This document shows positions 26,840 to 40,751 of a stretch of 64,000 nucleotides of DNA, piece after piece (the stretch's first letter is position 1; each line of letters starts with the position of its first letter). Source of the DNA: the human T2T-CHM13v2.0 reference genome, Homo sapiens; NCBI RefSeq assembly GCF_009914755.1, contig NC_060948.1; one strand, given 5' to 3'. Under the pieces are notes generated by a model. It searched no databases. It was not told where the DNA came from and saw nothing but the letters and a program-made list of their open reading frames with translations. The position numbers and the translations under genes are program-made.

Positions 26840-28330
26840 ACTCCCCTCCATTCCACTCAACTCCACTCCGTCCCATTCCATCCCATTCCATTCCAATTCA
26901 TTGCTCTCAACTCCACTCCACCCCACTCCACTTCTTTCCATTCCATGCCATTCCATTCCACTCCACTGCACTTCAATCCATCCCATTCCATTCCACTACA
27001 TTCCACTCCACTCCACTCCAATCCATTCCACTTCTTTGCAGTCCATTCCATTCCAGTCCACTCCACTCCAATCCATTTAACTGCAGTCCACTCCACTCCA
27101 TTCCATCCCTTTTGATTCCACTCCTCTCCACTCCATTCGATTCCATTCCACTAAATTCCATTCCGTTCCATTGAATTCTAATCCACTCCACTCCTCTACA
27201 CTCCACTCCATGCCATTACATTCCATTACATTCCAGTCCATAGTCCTGCATTCCACTCCACTCCACTCCACTATATTCCATTCCATCCCATTCCACTCCT
27301 CTCCGCTCTAATCCACTCCACTCCACTCCTCTCCACTCCATTCCATTCCATGCCATTTCACTCCATTCCTTTCCATTCCGTGCTTTTGACAGCTTCTCAC
27401 TCTGTCACACAGGCTGGAGTGCAGTGGCACAATCTCAGCTCACGTTGCATTTCACCATTCCATTGCATTCTTTTGCATTGCCTTCCACTCCATTCCATTC
27501 CATTCCATTCCATTCCATTCCATTCCATTCCATTCCATTCCATTCCACTACACTCAGCTGCATTCCATTCCATTCCACTCCACTCCACCCCTATGAACTC
27601 CACTCGACTCCACTCCACCACATTCTACTCCTTTCCATTCCACTCCATAACATTCTATTCCAATACATTCCACTCCACTCCACTCTATTCCATTCCAGTC
27701 CACTCTACTAAACTCCCCTCCATTCCGCTCAACTCCACTCCTTCCCATTCCATCCTATTCCATTCCAATTCATTCCCCTCCACTCCACTCCGCTTCTTTC
27801 AATTCCATGCCATTCCATTCCACTCCACTCCACTTCAATCCATCCCATTCCATTCCACTACATTCCACTCCACTGCACTCCAATCCATTCCACTTCTTTA
27901 CAGTCCATTCCATTCAAGTCCACTCCACTCCAATCCATTTAACTCCACTCCACTGCACTCCATTCCATCCCTTTCCATTCCACTCCTCTCCACTCCATTC
28001 GATTCCATTCCATTAAATTCCATTCCTTTTCATTGAATTCTAATCCACTCCACTCCTCTACACTCCACTCCATGCCATTCCATTCCATTACATTCCTGTC
28101 CAAAGTCCTGCATTTCACTCCACTCCACACCACTGCATTCCATTCCATTCCATCTCATTCCACTCCATTTCACTCGTCTCCACTCTACTCCACTCCACTC
28201 CACTGCACTCCTCTCCACTCCATTCCATTCCATTCCATACCATTTCATTCCATTCCTTTCCGTTCCGTGCTTTTGACAGCATCTCAGCCTGTCACACAGG
28301 CTGGAGTGCAGTGGCACAATCTCAGCTCAG
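26840..28330 (+). repeat. Direct duplication at ~862-887-bp offset
   Basis: TTGAATTCTAATCCACTCCACTCCTCTACACTCC at 27171/28033; CCGTGCTTTTGACAGC at ~27378/28265. Confidence 0.82.
27379..27456 (-). mobile_element. Well-preserved variant-B Alu fragment (3' end of right arm)
   Basis: TCTCACTCTGTCACACAGGCTGGAGTGCAGTGGCACAATCTCAGCTCAC is a near-exact CpG-decayed antisense Alu. Confidence 0.88.
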
Positions 28331-28374
28331 GCTGGAGTGCAACGGCACAATTTCAGCTCACATTTCATTTCACC
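28266..28374 (-). mobile_element. Alu fragment with internal 31-bp tandem duplication
   Basis: CAGGCTGGAGTGCAGTGGCACAATCTCAGCT at 28297 is repeated at 28328. Confidence 0.88.
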
Positions 28375-29155
28375 ATTCCATTCCATTCCATTCCATTCCA
28401 TTCCATTCCATTGCATTCAATTCCACTCTATTCCTCTGTACTCCACTCCACTCTACTCCACTCCGTTCCATTCCACTCCATTCCACTCTATTCCACTCCA
28501 CTCCACTTTACTTTATTCCACTCCATTCCATTCCATTCCACTCCATTCCAATCCAATGCACTCCAATCGACTCCACTACACTCAATTCCGTTCAACTTTA
28601 TACCATTGTATTCCACTCCATTCATATTAACACCACTCCACTCTACTCCACTCCAGTCCACTCCACTCCGCTCTGTTCCATTCCAATCCACTCCTCTCCA
28701 CTGCACTCCATTCCATTTCATTCTGCTCCATTCCTTTCCATTCCTTTCTTTTGACAGGGTCTCACTCTTTCAGCCAGGTTAGAGTGCAGTGGAATAAACT
28801 CCGTTCACATTTTATTTCATCATAGCATTCCATTCCATTCCATTTCCTAAAATTCCATTCAATTCCAGTCCACTCCAATCAACTCCACTCTACCTCATTC
28901 AATCCTATTCAATTCCACTCCACTCCATTCGATTCCATCCCATCCCATTCCATTCCATTCCATTCCACTCCACTCTTCTCCACTCCACTCCATGCCATTC
29001 CATTCCTTTCTATTCCAGTACATATTACTCCATTCCTCTCCACTCCACTCCACTACATTCCATTCCATTTCATCCCATTCCACTCCATTCCTCTCTTCTC
29101 CACTCTACTCCACCCCATTCCATTCCATTCCATTTTACTCCATTAAATTCCATTC

Positions 29156-29264
29156 CTCTCTTTAGACAGAATTTTACTCTGTCACACAGGCTGGAGTGCA
29201 GTGACACAGTCTCAGCTCAGGCTGGAGTTCAGTGGCATAATATCAGCACACATTTCATTTCACC
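29156..29264 (-). mobile_element. Alu fragment with internal 31-bp tandem duplication
   Basis: CAGGCTGGAGT starts at 29187 and again at 29218. Confidence 0.85.
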
Positions 29265-32200
29265 ATTCCATTCCATTCCACTTTATTCCATTCTACTCCA
29301 CTCCACTCCACTCCATTCCATTCCTTTCTTTCAAAAGGAGCTCACTCTTTCACCTAGGTTAGAGTGCAGTGGAACAATCTCAGCTCACATTTCATTTCAC
29401 CATAGCATTCAATTCGATTCTGTTCCATTCCCTTCAATTCCATTCCACTCCATTCCACTCCAATGTACTCCACTCGACTCCACTCCAATTCACTCCTCTC
29501 CACTCCATTCCATTGTACATCATACCATTCTGTTCCACTCCATTCACATGCTCTCCACTGCACTCTATTCCACTCCAGTCCACTCCACTCCACTCCATTT
29601 CACTCTACTCCATTCAACTCCACTCCATTCCATTCTTTTGACAGGTTCTCACTCTTTCACACAGGTTAGAGTGCAGTGGAACAACCTGAGCTCACATTTC
29701 ATTTCACCATAGAATTCCATTCCATTCCATTGCATTCCCTAGAATTCCATTCCATTCCAGTCCACTCCACTCCATTCCACTCCACACCACTTCTTTCCAT
29801 CCCATTCTGTTCCACTCCATTCCACTCCCATCCACTCCATTGCACTTCTTTCCATTCCATTCCATTCCATTCCATTCCGTTCCATTCCATTCCATTCCAT
29901 TCCATTCCATTCCATTCCATTCCATTCCATTCCATTCCACTCCAATCCTCTCCACTCCACTCCTGTCCACTCCATTGCGTTCCATTCACGCCAATCCACT
30001 CAACTTATTTCCATTCCATTCCATCCTATTCCATTCCACTCCTTTCCATTCCATTCATTTTCTTCAACAGGATCTCTCTGTCACCCAGGCTGGAATGCAG
30101 TGGCACAATCTCAGCTCACGTTTCGTTTCACCATTCAATTGCATTCTTTTGCATTGCATTCCACTCAATTCCATTCCATCTCATTCCATTCCATTCCGTC
30201 CATTGCATTCCACTCCACTCAGCTGCATTCCATTCCATTCCATTCCACTCCACTCCACTCCACTCCTATGCACTCCCCTCGATTCCTTTCCACTCCACCA
30301 AAGTCCACGCCATTCCATTCCACTCCATAATATTCTATTCCAATATATTCCCCTCCACTCCACTCTATTCCATTCCAGTTCACTCCACTCCACTCCAGTC
30401 CACTCCACTCCACCCCACTCCAGCCCACTCCACTTCACTCCACTCCATTCCACTCCATTCCATTCCACTCCATTTCATTCCATTCCTTTCTTTCGACAGC
30501 ATATCACTCTGTCACCCAGGTTACAGTGTAGTTGAAAAATATCAGCTCATATTTCATTTCACCATAGCATTCCGTTCCATTCCATTCCATTCCATTCCAT
30601 TCCATTCTATTCCATTCCATTGCCTTCCATTCCTTTAACTTCCATTCCATTCCTGTCCACTACACTCCACTCCACTTCACTCCACTCCAATCCACTCCAC
30701 TCCGCTTCATTCCATCCCATTCCATTCCACTCCATTCCACAACACTCCAGTCCACTCAACTTCTTTCAATTCAATCCCATTCCATTCTACTCCAGTCCAC
30801 TCCACTCCACTCCTTTCCATTCCACTACATTGCATTCCTTTCCACTCCTTTCCATTCCATTCCTTTCTTTTGACAGAATCTGATTCTTTCACCCAGGCTG
30901 GAGTGCTGTCGCACAATCTGAGCCCACATTTCATTTCACCACTCCATTGCATTCCATTCCTTTGCATTCCATGCCATTCCATTTTTTTTCCATTCCACTG
31001 CACTCCACTCCACTCTACTCCACTCTGCTGCATTCCATTCCATTCCATTCCATTGCATTCCATTCCATTCCATTCCATTCCATTCCACTCTACTCCACTC
31101 CTCTGCACTCCATCCCATTGCATCCCATCCCATTCCACACCATTCCACTGCACTCCACTCAACTGCATTCCATTCAATTCCATTACATTCCACTCTATTT
31201 CATTCTGTGCTTTTCTGTCAACAAGATCTCACTCTGTCACAGTGGCTGTAGTGTAGTGGCAGAATCTCAGCTCACATTTCATTCTACATTCCATTCCATT
31301 CCCTTCCACTCCATTCAATCCCATTGTATTCCACTCCATTCATCTCCACTTCACTGAACTCCCTTCCACTTCATTCCATTAAACTCCACAACATTCCATT
31401 CTACTCCACGCCACTCCACTCCACTCCACAACACTCCATTCCATTTCATTCCACTGTATTCCATTCCATTCCTTTTCTTTTACAGTATATCACTCTGTTA
31501 CACAGGCTGGAGTGCTTTAGCGCAATCTCAGCTCACATTGCCTTCACCATTCCATTGCATTCCATTCCATTCTGTTCCATTCCAAATCACTACATTCCAT
31601 TTAGTTCCTATCCATTCCACTGCACTCCTCTCCACTCCACTGCACGCCATTCCATTCCATTCCATTCCAGTCCAGTCCACTCCACTACGCCTTATTCCAT
31701 TACATCCCGATTCATTCCACTCCATTCCACTCCTCTCCACTCTACTCCACTCCACTCCTCTCCACTCTATTCCGTTCTGTTTCATTCCATTCCATTCCAT
31801 TCCTTTGCATTCCATTCCTTTCTTTTGACAGGATCTCACTCTGTCACCCAGGCTGATGTCCAGCGGCATAAACTCAGGTGACATTGCAATTCACCATTGT
31901 ATTCCATTCCATTTCACTCCATTCCATTCCATTCCATTCCACTCCACTCCACTCCACTCCACTCAATTCCATTCCACGCAATCCCATTTCATTCCACTCC
32001 ACTCCATTCCATGCCCTTCCATCCAATTCCATTCTATTCCGTTGTATTCCAATCCATTCCATTCCATTCAAATCCTTTCTTTCAAAGTGTTCTCACTTAG
32101 TCACACATGGTGGAGTTCAGTGGGAAAATCTGAGCTCACATTTCATTTCACCATTCCATTGCACTCCATTCCACTCCACTCCACTCCACCCCACTCCACT

Positions 32201-35200
32201 GCATTCCACTCCATTCCATCCCAATCCATTCCTTTCCACTCCATTCCATTCCTTTCCTTTCCTTCATCAGGATATCACTGTTTCACACAGGGTGGAGTGC
32301 AGTGGCACAATCTTAGTTCACATTTCATTTCAACTTTCCACTCCATAGCATTTCATTGCAATCCGTTTCTTTCCATTTTTTTTCGTTTGACAGTTTCTCA
32401 CTCTGTCACTCCGGGTGGAGTGCAGTCGCATAATCTCAGCTCACATTACATTTGAACTTTGCATTACATTCCATGCCACTCCATTTCATTTCATTCGATT
32501 CCATTCCATTCCACTCTACTCAATTCCACTCCACTCCACTACATTCCATTTCATACCATTCCATTCCACTCCATTCCACTCTAATCCACTCAATTCCATT
32601 CCATCCCATTACATTCCACTCCACTCCACTCCATTCCATCCCACTCCATCCCATTTCATTCCACACCACTACACTCCACACCACTCCATTTCCTGCCATA
32701 CCATCCCATTTCATTCCATTCCATTTGATTCCTTTCCACTCCTTTGCATTCCATTCCTTTATTTCGACAGTATCTCAATCTGTCACAAAGTCTGGAGTGC
32801 AGTGGCACAATCTCAGCTCACATTTCATTTCACCATTTCATTTCATTCCATACCACTCCACTCCACTACACCACACTCCACTCCAGTCCACTTCACTCCA
32901 CTCCACTCCATTAAATCCCAATGCATTCCATTCCTGTCTATTCCTATCCATTCCTCTGCTTTCTTTTGATAGGATCTCACTCTGTCACTCAGGGTGGAGT
33001 ACAGTGGCACAATCTCAGCTCATATTTTATTTCAATATTCCATACCATTCCATTCCATTCCATTCCACTCTACTCCACTCCACTCCACTCAATTCCATTC
33101 TATTCAATTACATGCCACTCCATTCCACTCCTTTCCATTCCTTTCTTTTCTGTCGACAGGTTCTCACTCTAACAAACAGGCTAGAGTGTAGTGGCACAAT
33201 CTCCGTTCAAATTTGACTTCACCATTCCATTCCATTCCATTTCATTCCATTCCATTCCATTCCATTCTACTCCCTTCCACTCAACTCCAACCCATTGCAT
33301 TCCATTCCACTCCACTCCACTCCTCTCCACTGCTCTACATTACATCCCATTCTATCCAACTCCATTCCCCTCCACTCCACTCCAATCTACTGAATTCCAT
33401 TCCATTACATCACATTCCATTCCATTGCATTCCATTCCACTCCACTCCAATCCACTCAAATCCATTCCACTATATTCCGTTCCTTTCCTTTCAATTCCAA
33501 TACACTGTATTACCTTAAACTCCTTTCTTTAGACAGGATCTCACTCTGTCACACAGGGTAGAGTGCAGTGGCACAATGTTAGCTCACATTACGTTTCACA
33601 ATTCCATTCCATTTCTCTCCATTCCATTCCATTCCTTTCCCTTCCGTTCCTTTAAGTTCCACTCCACTCCACTCCATTCCACTCCACTCCACTCCATTAC
33701 AGTACACTCCACTCCACTCCAGTAGACTCAATTTCATTACACTCCATCCCATTCCATTCCACTCCATTCCACCCCACTACAATCCACTCCACTCCTCTCC
33801 AATCTACTCCACTCCACTCCACTCCAGTCCACTCCATTGCATTCCATCCCATCCCAGTCCATTCCACTCCATTCTACATCAATCCACTCCATTCCATTCC
33901 ATTCCAACTGATTCCATTCCATCCCGGTCAATTCCATTCCATTCCATTCCATTCCATTCCATTCCATTCCATTCCATTCCATTCCATTCCATTCCATTGC
34001 ATTCCATTCCATTGCATTCCATTCCATTCCCTGCTTTCGACAGGATCTCACTCTGTGACACAGCCTGGAGTGCAGTAGCACAATCTCAACTCAAATTTAT
34101 TTTGACCATTCCATTCCACTACATTCCACTACACTTCAGTTCACTCCACTCCACTCCAATCCATGCCATTCCACTCCATTCAATTCCATCCCAATCCAGT
34201 CCACACCACTCAGCTCCACTCAATTCCGCTCTAATCCACTTCAGTCCACTCCAATACATTACACTTCATCATATTCAATTGCAATCCATTCCACTACACT
34301 GCACTCCATTCAACTCCACTACATTCCTTTCGATTGCATGCCAGTCCATTGCACTCCATTCCACACCATTTCACTCCACTCCACTCCACTCCATTCCATT
34401 CCATCCCATTCCCTTCCATTTCATTCCATCCCATTCCAACCCATCCCATCCCATCGCATCCCATTCCATTCCATCCCATCCCATTCTATTTGCTTCCATT
34501 CCATTCCATTCCATTCCATTCCATTCCATTCCATTCCATCCCATTCCATTCCATTCCATCACATTCCATTCCATTCCATTCCTTTCCATTCCATTATACT
34601 TCGTTCCATTCCTTTCTTTTCTTTTGACAGGCTCTCACTCTCTCACACAGGCTGTATTGTCGTGGCACAATATCAGCTCACATTTCATTTCACCATTCTC
34701 TTCCATTGCATTTCATTGCATTCCATTCCATTGCATTATATTCTATTGTATTCCATTCCATTCCATTTCATTCTAATCCATTCCACTCCCTTTCATTCAA
34801 CTCCACTCCACTTCACTCCACGCCACTCCACTCCACTCCACTCCACTCCACTCCATTCCACTCCATTCCATTCCATTCCATTCCATTCCATTCCATTCCA
34901 TTCCATTCCATTCTACTCCAGTCCACTCCACTGCATGCCACTCGACTCCACTCCCTTACACTCAATTCCAATCCATTCTTCTCCATTTCATTCTATTCCT
35001 CTCCATTCCTCTCCACTCCACTCCACTACCGTCCACTCCAGTCCACTCCACTCCAATCCATTTCACTGCACTCCACTCCACTCCCTTCCATTCCATCCCA
35101 TTCCATTCTACTCCATTCCAGTCCACTGCATTCCACTCCATTATTTTCCATTCCATCCAAAGACGTTCCATTCTTTACCACTCTAATGCTCTCCACTACA

Positions 35201-38200
35201 CTCCACTCTTGTCCACTCCACTCCATTCCACTCCATCCAATTCCATTTACTCCAATCCACTTAGCTGTACTCCACTCCACTGCAGACCATTTCATTTCAT
35301 TCCATTCCATTCCACTCCATTCCATTCCACTCTTTACCATTCCATTCCTTTCTTTCGACAGGATCTCACTCTCCCACACAGGCTGGAGTAAAGGGACACA
35401 ATCTGAGCTCACATATCATTTTAACATTTAATTGCATTCCATTCCCTTGCATTCCATTAAATTTCATTCCATTCCATTCCTCTCCATTGCTTTCCACTGC
35501 ACTCCACCCAACTACACACCAATCCACACCACTCCATTCCATTCTTTTCCATTCCATTCCATTCCATTTTATTCCATTCCATTCCTTTCCATTCCATTCC
35601 ACTCCATTCCATTCCATTCCATTCCACTCCGTTCTTTCATGAGGGTCTCACTCTATCACCTAGTCTGGAATGCAGTGACACAATCTCAGCTCACATTTCA
35701 TTTCACCATTCCATTGCATTGCATTCCATTGCATTCAAGTCCATTCCATTCCATTGTATTCCATTCCATTCCATCCCATCCCATTCCTTTCCATTCCATT
35801 CCATTCCATTCCATTCCATTCCACTCTGCTGCATTCCATTCCATTCCATTCCAATCCATTCCACTCCACTCTACTCCACTCCTCTCCACTCCATCCCATT
35901 CCATCCCATTCAATTCCACTCCACTCCACTCTATTGCATTCCCTCCCATCCCTTTCCACTCTATTCCACTCCAATCCACAGCACTCCACTCCACTTCACT
36001 CTACTCCACTCCATTCCGTTCCATACCATTCCATCACTTTGTGTCACGAAAATCTCACTCTGTCACCCTGGCTGCAGTGCAGTGGCGCAATTTCAGCTCA
36101 CATTTCATTTCACAACTCCATTCCATTCCACTCCACTCAACTCCACTTCACTTCACGCCATTCCATCCCATTGCTTTGCTCTCTATTTCACTCCACTTCA
36201 CTGCACTCCACTCCATTCCATTCCACTCCCTACCATTCCATTCCCCTTCACTCCACTCCTCTCCAGTCAACTACTCTTCATTCCATTCCATTAAACTCTA
36301 TTGCATTCCATTCTTTTTATTTGTAAGTATCTCACTCTGTTTCTCACGCTCGAGTGCAGGGGCACAATCTCAGCTCACATTCCATTTCACCATTCCAATG
36401 TATTTCAATCCATTACATTCCTTTTAATTGCAATCCACTCCATTCCACTGCACGCCATTCCATTCCATTCCATTCCAATCCATTCCACTAAATTCCATTC
36501 CATTCCACTACACTACACTCCCCATCATTCCATTCCATGCCATCCTATTTCACTCCATTCCACTCCTCTCCACTCTACTCTACTCGACTCCACTGCACTC
36601 CTCTCCAATCCATTCCATTCCATTCCCTTACTTTCCATTCTATTCCATTCCTTTTCACTCCATTCCATTACATATATTTCTTTCAACAGCATCTCACACT
36701 GTCAACCTGGCTGGAGTGCAATGACACAATCTCAGCTCACGTTTCAATTTACCATTCCATTCTTTTCCATTCCATACCATTCCATCCTACTCTTCTGCAC
36801 TCCACTCAACTCCATTCCATTCCATTCCATTCCACTTCATTCCACTCCACTCCACTCTATTCCAATCCACCCCATTCCAATCCAATCCACTCCACGCCAC
36901 TCCATTCCATTCCTTCCCATTCCATTCCTGTCCATTCTACTCCACTTCATTCCATTCTTTCCCATTCCATTCCACTCCATTCCACTCCACTCAATCCCAC
37001 TCCATTCCATTCCATTCCATTCCATTCCACTCAATTCCATTACATTCCTTTCTTTTGACAGGATCTCCCTCTGTCATAAAGGCTGCACTGCATTGGTCAA
37101 TATCAGCTCACATTTCGTTTCACTATTCCATTCCATTCCATTTGATTTCATTCCATTCCATTCCACTCCACTCCACTCCAATCCACTCCATTCCATTCCA
37201 TCCAATTCCATGCCACTCCACTCCATTCCACTACACTCCATGCCACTCCATCCCGTTCCATTCCTCTCCATTCCAATCCAGTCAACTCCACTTCACTCCA
37301 CTCCATTCCATTCCATTCCATTCCATTCCATTCCATTCCATTCCATTCCATTCCATTCCATTCCATTCCCTTATATTCCATTCCACACACTTCAATTCCA
37401 TTCCTTTCTTTCACAAGACTCCCTTTCTCTCACCCAGGCTGGAGTGCAGTGGCTCAATCTGAGCTCATATTACATATCACCATTCTATTCCACTGCATTC
37501 CATTGCACTGTATTCAATTGCATTCCGTTCCATTGCATTCTATTGCATCCCATTCCACTCCATTCCATTCCATTCCATTGTATTCCATTGCATTCCATTC
37601 TATTCCATTAAATTGCAATCCATTCCATTCCATTCCACTCCTTTCCGTTCCATTCCATTCCATTCCTCTCCACTCCATTCCATTCCTCTCCACTCTACTA
37701 AATTCCATTCCATTCCGTTCCATTCCATTCCATTCTATTCCATTCCACTCCACTCCAATCCACTCCAATGCTCTCCACTTGACTCCACTGCTCTCCACTC
37801 CACTCCACTCCATTCCATTCCACTCCATCCCATTCTATTCCACTGCATTCCCCTCCACTCCACTCCACTCTAGTCCAATCCAGTCCTCTCTACTCCACTC
37901 CATTCCATTCCCCTCCATTCCCTTCCATTCCTTTCCTTTGAAATTATGTCACTCTGTCACACATATTGGGGTGCAGTGGAAGAATATCAGCATATATTTC
38001 ATTTCACCATAGCCTTCCATTCCATTCCCCTCCATTCTATACTTTTAAACTCCACTCCATTTCAGTCCACTCCACTCCACTCCATTTCACTCCACTCCCC
38101 TCCATTCTACTCCTCTCTACTCCATCCCATTCCATTCCACTTCATTCTACTCAACTCCACTCCACTCCACTTCTTTCCATTCCATCCCATTCAATTCCAC

Positions 38201-38651
38201 CCCAATCCATTCCACTGCACTCCACTCCAATCCTTCCATTCAATTCCACTCCATTACACTCCACTCCATTCCAATCCATTCCAATTCTTTACATTCCATT
38301 CCATTCCAGTCCACTCTACTCCTCTACGTTTCTCTCCACTCCACTGCATTACATCCCATTCCATTCCACTCCACTCCACTCCATTCGATTCCCTTCCAGT
38401 AAATTCCATTCCATTCCTTTAAATTCTAATCCACTCCACTCCTCTCCACTCCATTCAATGCCATTCTATTCCATTACATTCCAGTCCATGGTACTCCATT
38501 CCACTCCACTCCACTCCACCACATTCCATTCCATTCCATCCCATTCCACTCCATTCCACTACTCTCCACTCTACTCCACTCCACTCCCCTCCACTCCTCT
38601 CCACTACACTCCATTCCATTCCAGTCCATTTAACTGCATAACATTCCATTT

Positions 38652-38760
38652 ATTTCTTTCGGCAGCATCTCACTCTGTCACACAGGCTGGAATGCAGTGG
38701 CACACAGTCAGCTCAGGCTGGAGTGCAATGGCACTGTATCAGCTCACATTTCATTTCACC
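38652..38760 (-). mobile_element. Alu fragment with internal 31-bp tandem duplication
   Basis: CAGGCTGGA starts at 38683 and again at 38714. Confidence 0.85.
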
Positions 38761-39514
38761 ATTCCATTCCATTGCATTCAATTCTACTCCACTCCACTCC
38801 ACTCCATTCCATTCCATTCCACTCCAATCCACTCTACTCCACTCCACTTCATTCCACTCCACTCCATTCCATTCCATTCCACTCCATTCCACTCCAATGC
38901 CCTGCACTTGACTCTACTCCAATCCACTCCATTCGATTACTTTCTACTCCATAACATTCTATTCCACTCCATTCACATCCACTCCACTCCACTCTACTCC
39001 ATTCCAGTCCGCTCCACTCCACTTTACTCCACTCCCCTCCTCTCCACACCGCTCCGCTCCACTCCATTCCACTCCACTGCATTCCATTCCTTTCTTTCAA
39101 CAGGATCTCATTCTTTCAGCCACGTTATAGTGCAGTGCAACAATCTCAGCTCACATTTCGTTTCACCATAGCATTTCATTCAATTCCATTCCCTAAAATT
39201 CCATTCCATTCCAGTACACTCTACTCCACTCCACTCCGCTCCATTCTATCCTGTTCCATTCCATTCCATTCCATTCCATTCCATTCCATTCCATTCCATT
39301 CCAATCCACTCCTCTCCTCTCCACTCCGCTCCATGACATTCAATTCCATTACATTCCAGTACATACTACTCCATTCCACTAAACTCCACCCCGCTACATT
39401 CCATTCCATTGTCCCATTTCACTGCATTCCACTACTCTTCACTCTACTCCACTCCATTCCACTGTACTCCTCTCCACTCCATTTCATTACATTTCACTCC
39501 TTTCCATTCCATTG

Positions 39515-39623
39515 CTTTCTTTCAAAGACATCTCACTCTGTCACACAGGATGGAGTGCAGTGGCACCATCTCAGCTCAGGCTGGAGTGCAATGACACAGT
39601 ATTAGCTCACATTTCATTTCAGC
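39515..39623 (-). mobile_element. Alu fragment with internal 31-bp tandem duplication
   Basis: CAGG(A/C)TGGAGTGCA starts at 39546 and again at 39577. Confidence 0.85.
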
Positions 39624-40701
39624 ATTCCATTCCATTCCATTCCATTCCATTCCATTCCATTCCATTCCACTACACTGTGATCCACTCCACTCAACTTCAC
39701 TGCACTCCACTGTTTTGCATTCCCTTCCCTTCCTTTCTTTTCCATTCCATTCCAATCCATTCCATTCCACTCCCCTCCATTCGACTCCGTTCTATTCCAT
39801 TGCATTGTACTGCATTCCATTCCATTCCTTTATTTTCACTTCATCTCACTCTTTCATCCTGAATTCAATGCAGTCACACAATCTTAGCTCACATTTCATT
39901 TCACCATTCCATTCCATTCCATTCCACACCATTTTATTAAACTCCTACACATTCCACTCCACTCTACTCAATTCCATTCCACTCCACTTCACTCCATTGC
40001 TTCCCTTTCCATTCCATTGTATTCCACTGCACTACGTTGCACTTCAATCAACTCCACATCACTCCAATCCATTTCATTCTCTTCCTTTCCATTATGTTCC
40101 TTTGTGTTCCATTCCACCTATTTCCATTCCACTGCACTCCATTCCACTCCACTCCGTTTCACTCCATTGAACTCCATTCCACTCCATTCCACTGTATACC
40201 ACTCCTTTCCTATCCATTCCACTCCACTCGACTCCATTTCTCTCCGCTCCATTCCATTCCACTCCATTGTATCCAATTCCACTGCATTCCATTCCACTCT
40301 CCACCACTCCCTTCCACTCCCTTTGACTCCATTCCACTGCACTCCAACTCTACTCCTCTCAACTCCATTTCAATGCTTTCCATTACTTTCCACTCCACTC
40401 CATTTCCATTCCATTCCATTCCATTCCATTCCATTCCATTCCATTCCATTCCATTCCATTCCACTACATTCCACTCCATTTCATTCCACTCCACTGTGTT
40501 CCATTCCATTCCATTCCACTCCACTGCATTTTATTCCATGCTTCTACATTCCATTCCATTCCTTTATTTCGACTGGATCTGACTTTGTCACCAGACTGAA
40601 GTGCTGTGGCACAATCTTAGCTCTCATTTCATTTCAACAAACAATTCCAATCCATTCTATTCCATTCTGTTCCATTCCATTCCATTCCATTCCATTCCAT
40701 T

Positions 40702-40751
40702 CCGTTCCGTTCCGTTCCGTTCCGTTCCGTTCCATTCCGTTCCGTTCCGTT
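40702..40751 (+). repeat. (CCGTT)n variant pentamer run
   Basis: Nine of ten consecutive pentamers are CCGTT. Confidence 0.85.

Larger units (their letters stand above)
21501..39623 (-). mobile_element. Domain B2: ~50 Alu 3'-end cassettes, variant B
   Basis: Starts at about 21501, 21822, 22199, 22626, 22788, 23067, 23464, 23796, 24107, 24439, 24841, 25018 (stub), 25158, 25565, 25792, 26029, 26356, 26678, 27379, 28266, 28744, 29156, 29324, 29631, 30057, 30486, 30863, 31211, 31472, 31818, 32075, 32257, 32380, 32757, 32959, 33146, 33523, 34030, 34617, 35348, 35630, 36037, 36314, 36676, 37048, 37404, 37931, 38652, 39090 and 39515. Confidence 0.85.
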
